DNA of 64,000 bases from Planktothrix sp. GU0601_MAG3 (GTDB taxonomy: Bacteria > Cyanobacteriota > Cyanobacteriia > Cyanobacteriales > Microcoleaceae), in contig CP136572.1 in assembly GCA_035193785.1 (NCBI GenBank), positions 992,001-1,056,000 of the forward strand, read 5' to 3'. The position numbers and the translations under genes are program-made. The notes under the pieces are model-generated. The model saw only the letters and a list, made by a program, of their open reading frames with translations. It ran no database searches and had not been told where the DNA came from. Of the stretch, positions 23,129-34,689 are shown one piece after another (position 1 is the first letter of the stretch; the number at the start of each line of letters is the position of its first letter).

Positions 23129-24334
23129 ATGGTGAGTGGAAAACCTATTTCTATTGGAAACACGACTTTACCCAATTGGGAAATAGAAGTGGGAATTCGT
23201 CAACGGGCGTGGGTGGAAGTGGATTTAGATGCGATCGCAGAAAATATCCGCCAGCTTAAAAGTTTATTATCTCCCCAAACAAAATTAATGGCGGTGGTCA
23301 AAGCCGACGCCTACGGACATGGGGCGGTTTCCGTGGCTAAAACCGTTTGTCAGGCGGGTGCGGGGTGGTTAGCCGTCGCCACCCTTCCCGAAGGCATAGA
23401 ATTACGGGAAGCGGGTATTAAAACACCGATATTACTCTTGGGGGCGATCCATACGGCCGAAGAAGTCCAAGCGATCGCCCATTGGCAACTTCAGCCGACT
23501 TTATGCACACCCCAACAAGCATTATTATTCTCAGAAACTTTAAATCAATTAAACCAATCTTTAGCAGTTCAAATTAAGATTGATACCGGAATGTCACGGT
23601 TAGGAACTCCTTGGCAACAAGGGTTAGAATTTTTTAAATTAGTTCAACGATTACCTAATTTAGAATTAGCCGGAATTTATTCCCACTTTGCCACGGCCGA
23701 TAGTCCCGATCCCACGGTGATGCGCCAACAACATTATCGTTATGAAAATGTAATTAATGAAATAAGAGATCATTGGCAATCTGATTCAGATCTAAAATTC
23801 CCCTTATTACATATTGCTAACTCGGCGGCTACCTTAGCCGATCAGAATTTACATTATGATATGGTGCGAATTGGATTAAGTGTTTATGGTCTTTATCCTG
23901 CCCCCCATTTAGCATCTGTAGTTAACTTAAAACCCGGTATGCAAATTAAAGCCCGGGTAACACAAGTTAAAACCATCGAAGCCGGAACAGGAGTCAGTTA
24001 TGGCTATCAATTTATTGCCAAAAAACAGACCAAAATTGCCGTAATCGGAATTGGTTATGCCGATGGAATTCCTCGCAATCTTTCTAATAAAATCAAAGTC
24101 TTAATTCGGGGTCAATTAGTTTCTCAAATTGGCACAATTACCATGGATCAAATTATGTTAGACGTGAGTGAAATTCCAGATTTACAGGTCGGAGAAGTCG
24201 TTACCCTATTAGGTAAAGATGGAGAATATGCGATTTCCGCCGATGATTGGGCGCAGACCCTCGGCACAATTTCATGGGAAATTCTTTGTGGATTTAAACA
24301 TCGACTTCCCCGGGTTAATATTATGAATAAATAG
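23129..24334 (+). CDS. alr: Alanine racemase
   Basis: AVVKADAYGHG, KIDTGMSRLG, GVSYG and IGYADG motifs. Confidence 0.96.
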   Translation: MVSGKPISIGNTTLPNWEIEVGIRQRAWVEVDLDAIAENIRQLKSLLSPQTKLMAVVKADAYGHGAVSVAKTVCQAGAGWLAVATLPEGIELREAGIKTPILLLGAIHTAEEVQAIAHWQLQPTLCTPQQALLFSETLNQLNQSLAVQIKIDTGMSRLGTPWQQGLEFFKLVQRLPNLELAGIYSHFATADSPDPTVMRQQHYRYENVINEIRDHWQSDSDLKFPLLHIANSAATLADQNLHYDMVRIGLSVYGLYPAPHLASVVNLKPGMQIKARVTQVKTIEAGTGVSYGYQFIAKKQTKIAVIGIGYADGIPRNLSNKIKVLIRGQLVSQIGTITMDQIMLDVSEIPDLQVGEVVTLLGKDGEYAISADDWAQTLGTISWEILCGFKHRLPRVNIMNK

Positions 24335-24352
24335 TTATTTAGGATATCCGTT

Positions 24353-25274
24353 GTGGTTCATCATCACTCCCATGATCATTCCCATAGTCATGCCCCAAAA
24401 ACCTATAACCGGGCTTTTCAAATCGGTATTGGTTTAAATATTGGCTTTGTGTTAATCGAGGTAGGCTTTGGATTAATTACCCAATCCTTGGCACTACTGG
24501 CCGATGCCGGACACAACCTAAGTGATGTTCTGGGACTGTTACTGGCCTGGGGTGCTAGTTACCTGGGGCAACGTCCGCCCAATCAAACCTATACCTATGG
24601 TTGGCGGCGATCGTCAATTTTAGCCGCCCTACTGAATGGAATTTTGCTGCTACTGGCGATGGGAGCCATTACCTGGGAGGCTTTGCGCCGCCTCCAAGAA
24701 CCCACTCCCGTGCCGGGCACGACCCTAATTTGGGTGGCTGGGGTGGGGGTGGTGATCAATACCCTGACCGCCCTGTTGTTTGTCTCCGGGGGCAAGAAAG
24801 ACATTAATATTCGGGGTGCGTTTCTGCACATGGCGGCGGATGCGTTGGTTTCTCTGGGGGTGGTGTTCGCCGGAATCGCCATTTTACTTACGGGGTGGCT
24901 ATGGTTTGATCCCGTTATCAGTTTAGTGATTGTGGTCGTGATTGTGGTAGGGACTTGGAACTTGCTGCGGGACGCCCTAGGATTAATTTTGGATCGAGTA
25001 CCCAAGCACATCGAAACCCCTGGCGGTACGGGCTTTTCTGCAAGAGTTACCTGGGGTGGCACAAGTCCATGATCTTCATATTTGGGGCATGAGTACCACA
25101 GAAACGGCCCTAACTGCCCATTTGGTAATGCCCGGAGGCTGTCCAGGGGATGGCTTTTTAGCCCATATCAGTCAGGAATTGCATCATCACTTTGATATCG
25201 ACCATCCCACCCTACAAGTTGAAACCGGGGATGAGCAGTATCCCTGTCCCCTAGAGCCTGACAATCTTGTTTAA
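24353..25274 (+). CDS. Cation diffusion facilitator (CzcD/ZitB-like) (one frameshift)
   Basis: His-rich N-terminus, ADAGHNLSD, FLHMAADA, VHDLHIW and HPTLQVE. Confidence 0.9.
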
Positions 25275-25278
25275 GGGT

Positions 25279-25360
25279 AATTACGAATTACGAATTACGA
25301 ATTACGAATTACGAATTACGAATTACGAATTACGAATGGGTAAGAGGTAATGGGTAATGG
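25279..25360. repeat. ATTACGA heptamer STRR array with a GGTAAT tail
   Basis: About 8 tandem ATTACGA units immediately after the CDF stop codon. Confidence 0.9.
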
Positions 25361-25410
25361 TAGGGACTTGAGTTATGGCAGTTGCTGCATCTGTCTATAT
25401 TTTTACCGTT

Positions 25411-26472
25411 TTAAATAGGTTGAACTTGTAACCAATTGGCGGCATCTATTCCCGATTTTAATGCCCCTTCAATTTGATTTCCGCCGCACCAGTCCCCCGC
25501 ACAAACTAGGGGTAATGGAGTCATATTTGTTAGGCAAGAAACGTTTAAAGGTGTTCGACAAAAGGCATAACGCCAGCGATGAATTTGCATCCATTCAGGA
25601 GTATCTAACCAGGGTAATAAAGTATTTGCAGCTTGATTAATTAATTTTTGTCCGACGGCGTTTAAATCAGTTTCTTCTAAATATTGTTGAGCAAAATTAC
25701 TATTACTTTGAAGCACAAAAACAGGCTGGGTAGAATTTAATCGTTTACTGCTATCTATTCCCACCCAAGCTAATATAGGATCATCGGAGAACGTTACCGC
25801 TTTCCACTTGGGAATATCCGAATTATGTTCTTGAGCATAACCAGCCATTACCGTAATACAAGGATCATACTCAACGGATTTTATCTGATTTAAAAAAGTA
25901 GATTCCAACTCAATATTAGATGATTCTAATAACATCAAGGCTTGGGGGGCAGGAATGGCGATAACCAGAGATTTTGCTGTTACTATTTCAGATAATTCTG
26001 GATTGTTTTTATCGGTTAATTCTATATGACATTGCCAATGATTTTCCCTTGTAATTGTCAGGGATTCAACTCGACTATTTAACTGAATATTTAAGCCCTC
26101 AGCCATGATTTTTCCCACGGTATTCATCCCAGAAGGCATAATATAATGGGGTTGGGAAATAGCTTGAGGTTGGAGTTGATTTTGTTTAAACTCATAGGGA
26201 GTATTTATCCAAAGTTGTAACTGATTTTCTAGGGGTTCATCGGTGGTTAATTGTTGAATTAATTGTTGTAAAAGTTCCCCTTGCGGTTCCAAATAACGCA
26301 CCCCATGATCTGCCAGAGTTCCCGATACTCGTCGGGTCGCCATCCGGCCTCCCACCCCCCTTGATTTATCTAAAACTATCACCTTATATCCAGCTTTTCC
26401 TAACTGTTGAGCGCAGGTTAAACCCGAAACCCCCGCACCAATAACGGCGACATCAAATATTATTGAATTCAT
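25411..26472 (-). CDS. Renalase-like FAD/NAD(P)-dependent oxidoreductase
   Basis: GAGVSG, DKSRGVGGRMATRR, DHG, HRWRYA and AGDWC..EGALKSG; start set at the MNSII Met. Confidence 0.9.
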   Translation of the reverse strand: MNSIIFDVAVIGAGVSGLTCAQQLGKAGYKVIVLDKSRGVGGRMATRRVSGTLADHGVRYLEPQGELLQQLIQQLTTDEPLENQLQLWINTPYEFKQNQLQPQAISQPHYIMPSGMNTVGKIMAEGLNIQLNSRVESLTITRENHWQCHIELTDKNNPELSEIVTAKSLVIAIPAPQALMLLESSNIELESTFLNQIKSVEYDPCITVMAGYAQEHNSDIPKWKAVTFSDDPILAWVGIDSSKRLNSTQPVFVLQSNSNFAQQYLEETDLNAVGQKLINQAANTLLPWLDTPEWMQIHRWRYAFCRTPLNVSCLTNMTPLPLVCAGDWCGGNQIEGALKSGIDAANWLQVQPI

Positions 26473-26488
26473 GGGTATTGTTAATTCG

Positions 26489-27145
26489 TTATGACTGAGT
26501 TCGAGCTTCTTGAGCAACAATTTCAACTTCATCCTCCGCTAATTGTTTTAACGGAGCTTCAACTTCCTGACCCCCTAAACGACTCAACGCTTGGGCGACC
26601 CGATAACGAATTTGCCAGTCTGAATTCGTGATATATGGAACTAATAAAGGAACAGCCCGCCGATCACCCAATTCTCCTAAAGCACTAATAGCAACGGTTT
26701 GAATTAAACTATTTTCATCTTGAAGGGCTATTTCTAATAATTCAAAAGCCCGAGGTTCTCCGATGACTCCCACCGCCGCCACAATACTCAGTTTAACTAA
26801 CCATTCCGGCGTAGTGTTATAGAGTTTTTGCAGGTCATCAAAGGCATCCTTAAGTTTTAAAGCCCCTAACGCATCCGCCGCCGCCGCCTGCACATCAATT
26901 TCTGGATCATTTAATAGATGATGGTGCAGGATTTGATAGGAGGTTTCTAAATTCTGCTCTCCCAAAGTTGCCATCTGACTCACCGCCGCATATCGTACCC
27001 GACTATTACTATCCTTAATCGGGACTTGAATTAATTCAAAAGCGATCGCTGGGGGCAGTTCTCGGAGTTGATTGACACCGCGTAGGCGATCGCCAAAATC
27101 GTCAGAACTTAACAACTGTTGAACAGATTCAGGGGTAATTGTCAT
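26489..27145 (-). CDS. nblB: HEAT-repeat phycobilisome degradation protein NblB-like
   Basis: MTITPESVQQLLSSDDFGDRLRGVNQLR N-terminus and PBS-lyase HEAT repeats. Confidence 0.8.
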   Translation of the reverse strand: MTITPESVQQLLSSDDFGDRLRGVNQLRELPPAIAFELIQVPIKDSNSRVRYAAVSQMATLGEQNLETSYQILHHHLLNDPEIDVQAAAADALGALKLKDAFDDLQKLYNTTPEWLVKLSIVAAVGVIGEPRAFELLEIALQDENSLIQTVAISALGELGDRRAVPLLVPYITNSDWQIRYRVAQALSRLGGQEVEAPLKQLAEDEVEIVAQEARTQS

Positions 27146-27326
27146 AAAAATTAATGTTGTGAAATGAGAGATCTAAATGGTTTTGAAATGATCAGAATAA
27201 TATCATATTTCTTGATGCGAATAGATCAATATTTTCTGGAAAACTTGGCAAAAACCCACAACAAGCAGCAGTCGAAACCTCCTGCCCCGACCAGCCTTGT
27301 TTTTATTCACAAAATCCGATTAAATT

Positions 27327-27794
27327 CTAACTTTGTGCCGTTGCCATCACCCGCATAATATCCCCACAGGTGAGAATCCCAATTACCTTACCGGAATCAT
27401 CCACCACGGGCAAACGATGAATGCGCTTTTCATTTAATAACCGGGCGGCATCGGACAAAGATTTATTGGGAGTAATCGTAATAATCGGGGCAGGAGTCAT
27501 TACTTCCCCGACGGTTTGGCCTAATGCTTTATGCAATTCCTGTTCATACCGGGAAAAGTTTTCCAGGTAAATAATACTATCAAGGAACGTAATATAAGTA
27601 GGTGGAGTCACACCGCTTTCTTGCCACATCAAATCCGTTCCCGAGATAAAACCCACCAAATGACCGGATTCATTTACCACAGGTAAACAACCAATATGTC
27701 TTTCCACCATTAATTGCAGCGCTTCTCTAAGTGGCATCTCTGGCTTAACCAGGATGGGATTCGGGGTCATCACCTCAGCAACAGTCTTGGGCAT
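27327..27794 (-). CDS. CBS-domain protein
   Basis: Two CBS domains; ELHKALGQTVGEVMT; start set at MPKTV. Confidence 0.9.
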   Translation of the reverse strand: MPKTVAEVMTPNPILVKPEMPLREALQLMVERHIGCLPVVNESGHLVGFISGTDLMWQESGVTPPTYITFLDSIIYLENFSRYEQELHKALGQTVGEVMTPAPIITITPNKSLSDAARLLNEKRIHRLPVVDDSGKVIGILTCGDIMRVMATAQS

Positions 27795-28067
27795 GATTTC
27801 TGCTTGTTTGTTAAACTTTCCAATCCCGATCATATCAGTTAAGTAGTTACACAAAATAAATTACCTAGCTGGGGGAGGGAATAGGGAATAGGGAATAGGG
27901 AACAGGATTTTTAATTAATTTTGTTTAGGTACTTATCAGTTGCAACCGTCGCATCCCAAGCCAATACAAGAAAAATCCGCCCCATTAGGCAACTAAGCCT
28001 GTCGAGATCAGGACGGAGCTTTATTCCCCCGTTTTTGGGAAATCGGATTGAACAAAAATTGTCCAAC

Positions 28068-28380
28068 CTATTCGGGACTGGATTCGGAAGTCGGATTACG
28101 AATTTGTTCAGCTTCGGGACAGTCTTCAGAAATGGGCAGATCAAAATAGCACTTGGGAAACAGAGGCTAATTTCTGACTTACTGATCCAATACTGTCTAT
28201 GCGGATCATTTCTTCCCAAGAACAGACCTCATCCTCCTCATCTGTCTCATAACGTAGCGTGACCAGATCTCCCTCAATGTCTGTAATTCGAGCTTTCTCA
28301 ATCCAACGTTGCTGATCTCGTAAGAAAATAGAGACTTCCCGACCGTCACAACAAAGTTGATAAATCTTGCGATGTAGCAT
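28068..28380 (-). CDS. Conserved cyanobacterial protein (DUF6679-like; one frameshift)
   Basis: MLHRKIYQLCCDGREV..FLRDQQRWIE; removing one T restores the C-terminus ...DLPISEDCPEAEQIRNPTSESSPE*. Confidence 0.7.
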
Positions 28381-28787
28381 TTTTTACTTTTCCTGAGAAG
28401 TTCGCTGGCTGATCTTAATTTTACTTGTGAACCTAAGTATTTAAAAGGTTTAGCAGGATACCCAAGCACCTGGAAGTATACCGGATTACAAGGTGATCAG
28501 TCTAGTCAAAACCGTTGTAGTTTCATTTTAACCCCTAACTCAAATTTAGCCCCAATAAACCCCCAATAAATTACCCCTACAAAAACAGGACTTAGGCAGT
28601 GAGGCCATGTATAGCGTACCAAGCAATAGGTAATGGGTAATGGGTGATAGGTAAATACTTACCATGAGAAGCTTTTAGCTTTCAAGAATGTCCTAATAGA
28701 TGTGGTAACTGCTATAGCGATCGCGAAAGAAATCAAAATCGTCTGAATTAACCCAATTCTATTTGGACATTAATAATTTTCAATTCC

Positions 28788-31700
28788 TTAATTCCCCCCC
28801 TCAACTCCTAACCACGCCTTCCCCCGTGCTATTAATTCCGCCAAACTCTCAAACCGCCAAAACCGCACTTTTCCATCCCCATAACCCGCAACAATCTGTT
28901 TACCATCGGGACTAAAACAAACACAATTAACCGGACTTTTCAACTCAATAAAATCACGATTATCCCCTTTTTCTAAAGCATCATCTTTCTCCCCCCGTTT
29001 CAAGGAATCATCTTTCTCCCCCCTTTTTAAGGGGGGCTGGGGGGGATCAACTAAATTGCCCTTATATCCCCGAAAATCCGCTAACAAATTCCCCTGTAAA
29101 TCCCAAACTTTAACGGTATTGTCATGGGAAGCCGTCGCCAGAAACTCCCCACCCGGACTAAACGCCACGGCTATTACTCCGTTAGAATGACCCGTGAAAG
29201 TAATTAATTCTTCTCCCTGTAAATTCCACAGTTTAACGGTCTTGTCAACCGAAGCCGTCGCCAGAAACTCCCCACCCGGACTAAAAGCCACCGCCGTTAC
29301 CGGGTTAGAATGACCCGTGAAAGTAATTAATTCCTCTCCCTGTAAATTCCACAGTTTGGCGGTCTTGTCAGCCGAAGCCGTCGCCAGAAACTCCCCACCC
29401 GGACTAAACACCACCGCCCTTACCCCGTTAGAATGACCCGTGAAAGTAATTAATTCCTCTCCCTGTAAATTCCACAGTTTGGCGGTATTGTCCCAAGAAA
29501 CCGTCGCCAGAAACTCCCCACCCGGACTAAACGCCACCGCCGTTACCGGGTTAGAATGACCCGTGAAAGTAATTAATTCCTCTCCCTGTAAAGTCCACAG
29601 TTTGGCGGTCTTGTCAGCCGAAGCCGTCGCCAGAAACTCCCCACCCGGACTAAAAGCCACCGCCCATACCGAGTCAGAATGACCCGTGAAAGTAATTAAT
29701 TCCTCTCCCTGTAAAGTCCACAGTTTGGCGGTATCGTCACGGAAAGCCGTCGCCAGAAACTCCCCACCCGGACTAAACGCCACCGCCCATACCCAGTCAG
29801 AATGACCCGTGAAGGTAATTAATTCCTCTCCCTGTAAAGTCCACAGTTTGGCGGTATCGTCACGGAAAGCCGTCGCCAGAAACTCCCCACCCGGACTAAA
29901 CGCCACCGCCCATACCCAGTCAGAATGACCCGTGAAGGTAATTAATTCCTCTCCCTGTAAAGTCCACAGTTTGGCGATACCGTCACGGGAAGCCGTCGCC
30001 AGAAACTCCCCACCCGGACTAAACGCCACCGCCCATACCCAGTCAGAATGACCCGTGAAGGTAATTAATTTCCGTCCCTGTAAATTCCACAGTTTGGCGG
30101 TCGTGTCCGAAGAAGCCGTCGCCAAAAGCTCCCCACCCGGACTAAAAGCCACCGCCTTTACCCCGTTAGAATGACCCCTGAAGGTAATTAATTCCCGTCC
30201 CTGTAAATTCCACAGTTTGGCGGTCTTGTCACTCGAAGCGGTCGCCAGATACTCCCCGCCCGGACTAAAAGCCACCGCCGTTACCCCGTTAGAATGACCC
30301 CTGAAGGTAATTAATTCCCGTCCCTGTAAATTCCACAGTTTGGCGGTCTTGTCCTCCGAAGCGGTCGCTAGAAACTCCCCGCCCGGACTAAAAGCCACCG
30401 CCGTTACCCCGTTAGAATGACCCCTGAAGGTAATTAATTCCTGTCGCTGTAAATTCCACAGTTTGGCGGTCTTGTCCTCCGAAGCGGTCGCTAGAAACTC
30501 CCCGCCCGGACTAAACGCTACCGCCGTTACCTCGCGAGAATGACCTTTGAAGGTGATTAATTCCCGTCCCTGTAAATCCAAAACTTTAACGGTCTTGTCA
30601 GCCGAAGCGGTCGCTAGAAACTCCGCGCCCGGACTAAACGCTACCGCCGTTACTGACTTAGAATGACCCGTGAGTTGACGCCATTGGCGAATATGACTGA
30701 GGATTTCTGATAGGGTGAAAACAGGACTCGCCGCCGGGGTCTGTTTCAGCAGTTCGGGGTAATCTTGAACCAGTTTCTCGCCATTGTGCTTGTAATTGTT
30801 GTAAGTCTTCCCCCACTTGAATAGCATCCCGTAGGATTTGCGGTTGATCTGTTGTGGTATTAAATAATCGTAAGGTTTGTATTCCTGCTAGTTCAATTTT
30901 GGTTCCTTTTTGGGCAAGTTGAATAATTTTTGTCGCTTTTTCCTTAGCTTGTTTGAGTTGTTGGCGGTCATATCTTTGGCTTTCGGTTAAAAAATCATTC
31001 ATCTCATCACTCAACCGTTTTCTTTGTGACCAACTCAGACCTTCCTCTAAGTCATTTCCCTGCAACAGTTGAGTTGTATCTTCACGGTTAGATTCTATCC
31101 AGCTATTCAGATATTCTCGAAACGGACAACAGAGTTTTTCTAATTCTTGCTGTACCCAGTCTCGATTAAAAACCTGAGTATAAATCCGATTATAAACCTC
31201 TAAATGGCTATTTTTTTTCACCACTAACCCCGATAACTGAAGTTCCCGATGTTCCCGACTGTTATCGAAAGCAATTCTACCCTGTTCGAGAATTTGTTGA
31301 TAGATTCCTAATAAACGACTGGTGAGATTATATTGAAATTGATCATTATTAATAATCCGCTTTCTGATAGTTCTCAACAGTTCAGGATTATCTTGAGCTT
31401 CCCAATTATCAATAACATAGGTTTGCACCAATTCAGCAATATTCGGCTCCGTTGCATCGGCATTTTCTAGCGCTAATTTACATAACTTTTGCGTAAAAAA
31501 GGGTTGTCCATCTGTCCAAGATAAAATATCGCGTAAAACCTGTTCGGATTTTTCCTTAAATTTTCCCTCTAACCCTCGTTTTAAAACGGGTGCTGCTTGT
31601 TGATAGGTAAAACCTTTTAATTCAATCGCTTCACCAAGATTAAAGGAAGTTCGGCTACTATTTTCAACTAAATCGGAAGCCGTCACCACTCCTAATAAAC

Positions 31701-32247
31701 AAAAATTCAAACGTTCATATTCGGGTTTACGGGTTCTAAAATTATACAAACTGCGAATAAAAGCAAAAAAATCATCCGTTGGTAGTTTTTCCCCTGTGGG
31801 TAACTTGAAACTTAAAATACTATCAATTTCATCCAAAAAGATAACAATATTTTGAGTAGTTTGGGGAAAAATAACGGTTTCGATAAACTTTCTAAATTGT
31901 TTTGGTTTACTGAGTCGAGCATGAATATCTAACCAGGAATACAAATCAATATCTAAGTTTAATTCACTGGTTAAGGTATCTAGCATTCCATCATACCATT
32001 GATCTGGGCTATCAAATTTTGAGCCCTCTCCTGAAATATCCAAGGTAACGCACAGATAATCCGCTTCCTCTCGTAGTCGTTTCGTGGTGCGAACTGCTAA
32101 ACTGGATTTACCCATTTTTCGAGAATTAAAAATATTACAAATATTTCCCGCAATTAATTGTTGATAGAGTTGCTCGTCTGCATCTCGAAAAACATAAGTT
32201 TCAACATCTTCTCGGAGTGTTACATCAGCAATATATTGATAAGTCAT
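28788..32247 (-). CDS. AAA_35 (STAND-like) NTPase fused to about 14 WD40 repeats (one frameshift near 30790)
   Basis: NSRKMGKSS Walker A, IFLDEID Walker B, WTDGQPFFTQKLC; YP...SP...IL linker; GHS...W repeats. Confidence 0.88.
29075..30670 (-). repeat. 13 near-identical 123-bp coding repeats (WD40 blades)
   Basis: The GAATGACC anchor recurs every 123 bp from 29185 to 30661. Confidence 0.92.
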
Positions 32248-32274
32248 AAAATCCTCTCCTTAAATTTCTTAAAA

Positions 32275-32417
32275 GTAGTGAGTCCTTCAGGACTCATTTA
32301 GCCCTAAAGGGCTTACTACGTTTGTAGTGAGTCCTTCAGGACTCATTCAGCCCTAAAAGGCTTACTACGTTTGTAGTGAGTCCTTCAGGACTCATTCAGC
32401 CCTAAAGGGCTTACTAC
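32275..32417. repeat. Three tandem 49-bp REP-like double-hairpin units with GTAG...CTAC feet
   Basis: GTAGTGAGTCCTTCAGGACTCATT(T/C)AGCCCTAAA(A/G)GGCTTACTAC x3; related copy at 34724-34768. Confidence 0.85.
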
Positions 32418-33688
32418 AAATTTCTCGTGAAATATTGACGGTATAAATCACATCGAGGTTTGCATTCATTATTGTTAACTCTAACTAACCCTAATCTTTC
32501 TAATTTAAAGGTTTCATTGGTTGAAAGTCTAACGGGTTGATTTTGAGAGATAACCTCTCGATAAGCTTGAGCTAATTCAGGACATTTTTGCAAAATTCCT
32601 AAAATTTCTCGCAATTGGCTAATAAACGGACTTTGTTCGGTTGGGTAAATTTCCAATAACTGTTTCAGCGAAAATTCTTGAGTTTTGAGAAAAGCAAATG
32701 CAGTTTGTATCAGATAAGGATAACCCCCAAACATCAACATTAATTCCTCAAAATCCGAATCATTTAAACTGGTTAATTGATAATATTGAGCTAAAGTTTG
32801 CACTTGTTCTAAAGTAAAATCAGGTAAGGTTACTGCTAAACCTGCACCCGATAAAGGCGAAGAATGGATATCTAGGGAAGCATAAACTTCCGTAGAATGA
32901 ACAATAATTAACCGCAGGTTTTCCCAAATAGGACTTGACCGTTGATTTAGTTTAGAATTATTATACCAAGAGCGTAACATTTGACAAAAATCCTGATTAT
33001 AGCTGGGTTGTTCAAAAACTAAGTCAACTTTTTCTAAAACTAAGACTAAGGGAATAGAACGATTAGCTAATAGATAGTTTTGTAAATAATTGGTTGTACT
33101 TTTATTCCTTCCGAACCGATCTTTCCATTGGTCTGTTAATTTATCTTCTAATTGTAATTCATCGCTTAAGCTGGTACAAAACCACTGTAACAAGGATTTG
33201 TGATCGTTTAATATTTCACTATCCGCTTCTTCAAAATTCAAAATCACAGATTCATAACCCTGTCGTTCTGAATAATCTAAAATCCGATTTAAAAGCAGAC
33301 TTTTTCCGGTTTTATTCGGTGATGTAATCCGAATTAATGCCCCTAAATTCAAAAGTTCCTGATAACATTTGGCTTCAACCGGAGGACGTTCAATATAAAA
33401 GTCCGTTTTGCTTTTTTTATCTATCCTTCTTTCAATCGCTTCTCTAAAATTAGTTTTACTAACTTTTTCTCCAAAATCCTTAGATAATTTGTTCCATAAA
33501 ATTCTTCCTCCTTCTCTTAAAGTATTTTCAGAATAGGAGTAAACTTCACCCATTTTTTCATAGGTGTATTTTTCCCAAGATCCCTGAAAAATTATTGCTT
33601 CGGTATCAGTCAGATATTTGCCGTTAGATTTAAAGGTAACGCCATTAACAATATCTAACGCTTCTTTTCCGGTTAAATCTGAATCCAT
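32414..33688 (-). CDS. AAA_35 protein with an N-terminal HTH domain
   Basis: N-terminal GSW..YTY..M...LW..LS..FGEKVSKTNF HTH; YIERPPVE; divergent Walker motifs SPNKTGKS and LVLEKVD; GGYPYL; CDLYRQYF. Confidence 0.82.
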   Translation of the reverse strand: MDSDLTGKEALDIVNGVTFKSNGKYLTDTEAIIFQGSWEKYTYEKMGEVYSYSENTLREGGRILWNKLSKDFGEKVSKTNFREAIERRIDKKSKTDFYIERPPVEAKCYQELLNLGALIRITSPNKTGKSLLLNRILDYSERQGYESVILNFEEADSEILNDHKSLLQWFCTSLSDELQLEDKLTDQWKDRFGRNKSTTNYLQNYLLANRSIPLVLVLEKVDLVFEQPSYNQDFCQMLRSWYNNSKLNQRSSPIWENLRLIIVHSTEVYASLDIHSSPLSGAGLAVTLPDFTLEQVQTLAQYYQLTSLNDSDFEELMLMFGGYPYLIQTAFAFLKTQEFSLKQLLEIYPTEQSPFISQLREILGILQKCPELAQAYREVISQNQPVRLSTNETFKLERLGLVRVNNNECKPRCDLYRQYFTRNL

Positions 33689-33954
33689 AGTTATATCAAG
33701 GGTTAAATAGTTAGTTGAGGAAGGGCTAAAGCCCTCACTACAAAATTTATTGTATCTCTAAATTGCCTATTCTGCTAGGGGTTTAGAAATGTTCTGATTT
33801 TAGATCTGATTTTTTTTGATTTTCTGCGATCGCCCTCTAATTATTATTGATTTTTTGCTTAATTTATTGGTTTTTAATTGACATTTTAATATTGATAATT
33901 CATGGAATTAAACGTTTAATAAAGCTATTGAAAAAGCAAAAAAGGAACAAAACC

Positions 33955-34434
33955 ATGCAATCAATTCAAAATATTCTCAATGAACTTGCCCAAAATGACC
34001 CAACAATTAAAATGGCAATGCAACAACAAAAAGCCTCTATGATCACCCAAGCTAATCAAGTTTTACCCGAACAAATTTTATCTAAAGTTGTTGATTATCC
34101 CGCCTTAATTCAATTTGCAGAAGTATTTATCGCTTGCTATTTTCCCGATCGCCACTTTGCTCAAGGTAAAGCTTTAGCCACGGATTTTACCCGAACTTTA
34201 GGCGGTGTCACAATGCACAATGGGTTTATGGGACTCTGGGAAAACTCCCATAAAGCATTAATTCCCGATGAACTTTTGTTAATTAAATCCTTTACCGATA
34301 CCCCTACGTTAGCGAAAAATTTAGATTATTTATTAGATCGAGTTTCTCACTGGGGACGAGTCTGCAATGAAGAAGTAATGGCGGTAGAAATTGGCAATTT
34401 CATGGGCAGTATTATGCTCTTTATCACCCCCTAA
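33955..34434 (+). CDS. Hypothetical protein
   Basis: 159-aa ORF from ATG 33955 with an AAGGA RBS; GGVT...GLW...E pattern. Confidence 0.65.
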   Translation: MQSIQNILNELAQNDPTIKMAMQQQKASMITQANQVLPEQILSKVVDYPALIQFAEVFIACYFPDRHFAQGKALATDFTRTLGGVTMHNGFMGLWENSHKALIPDELLLIKSFTDTPTLAKNLDYLLDRVSHWGRVCNEEVMAVEIGNFMGSIMLFITP

Positions 34435-34521
34435 TTCGTACCCTAATTCGTAGTGAGGGCTTTAGCCCTCCCCTCCTAACCCTAACAATTAGTCCAGATT
34501 ATTACCCCAAATCCTAATATT

Positions 34522-34689
34522 ATGACCTGTAACAAAACCTTCTGCAACTGGGTGAGAAATTCCCAAGACCCCGATCATTATGTGTGTTTAAAATGCGATC
34601 GCGAAAAACGTCTTAATCAACCCGATTCTATTTGGACATTTATTATTTTATTTGCGATCGCCTTTATTTTGGTAGTAGCGATCGCCTAG
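34522..34689 (+). CDS. Small 55-aa protein with four Cys and a C-terminal TM helix
   Basis: Manual translation MTCNKTFCNWVRNSQDPDHYVCLKCDREKRLNQPDSIWTFIILFAIAFILVVAIA*; below the ORF-track cutoff. Confidence 0.55.
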   Translation: MTCNKTFCNWVRNSQDPDHYVCLKCDREKRLNQPDSIWTFIILFAIAFILVVAIA

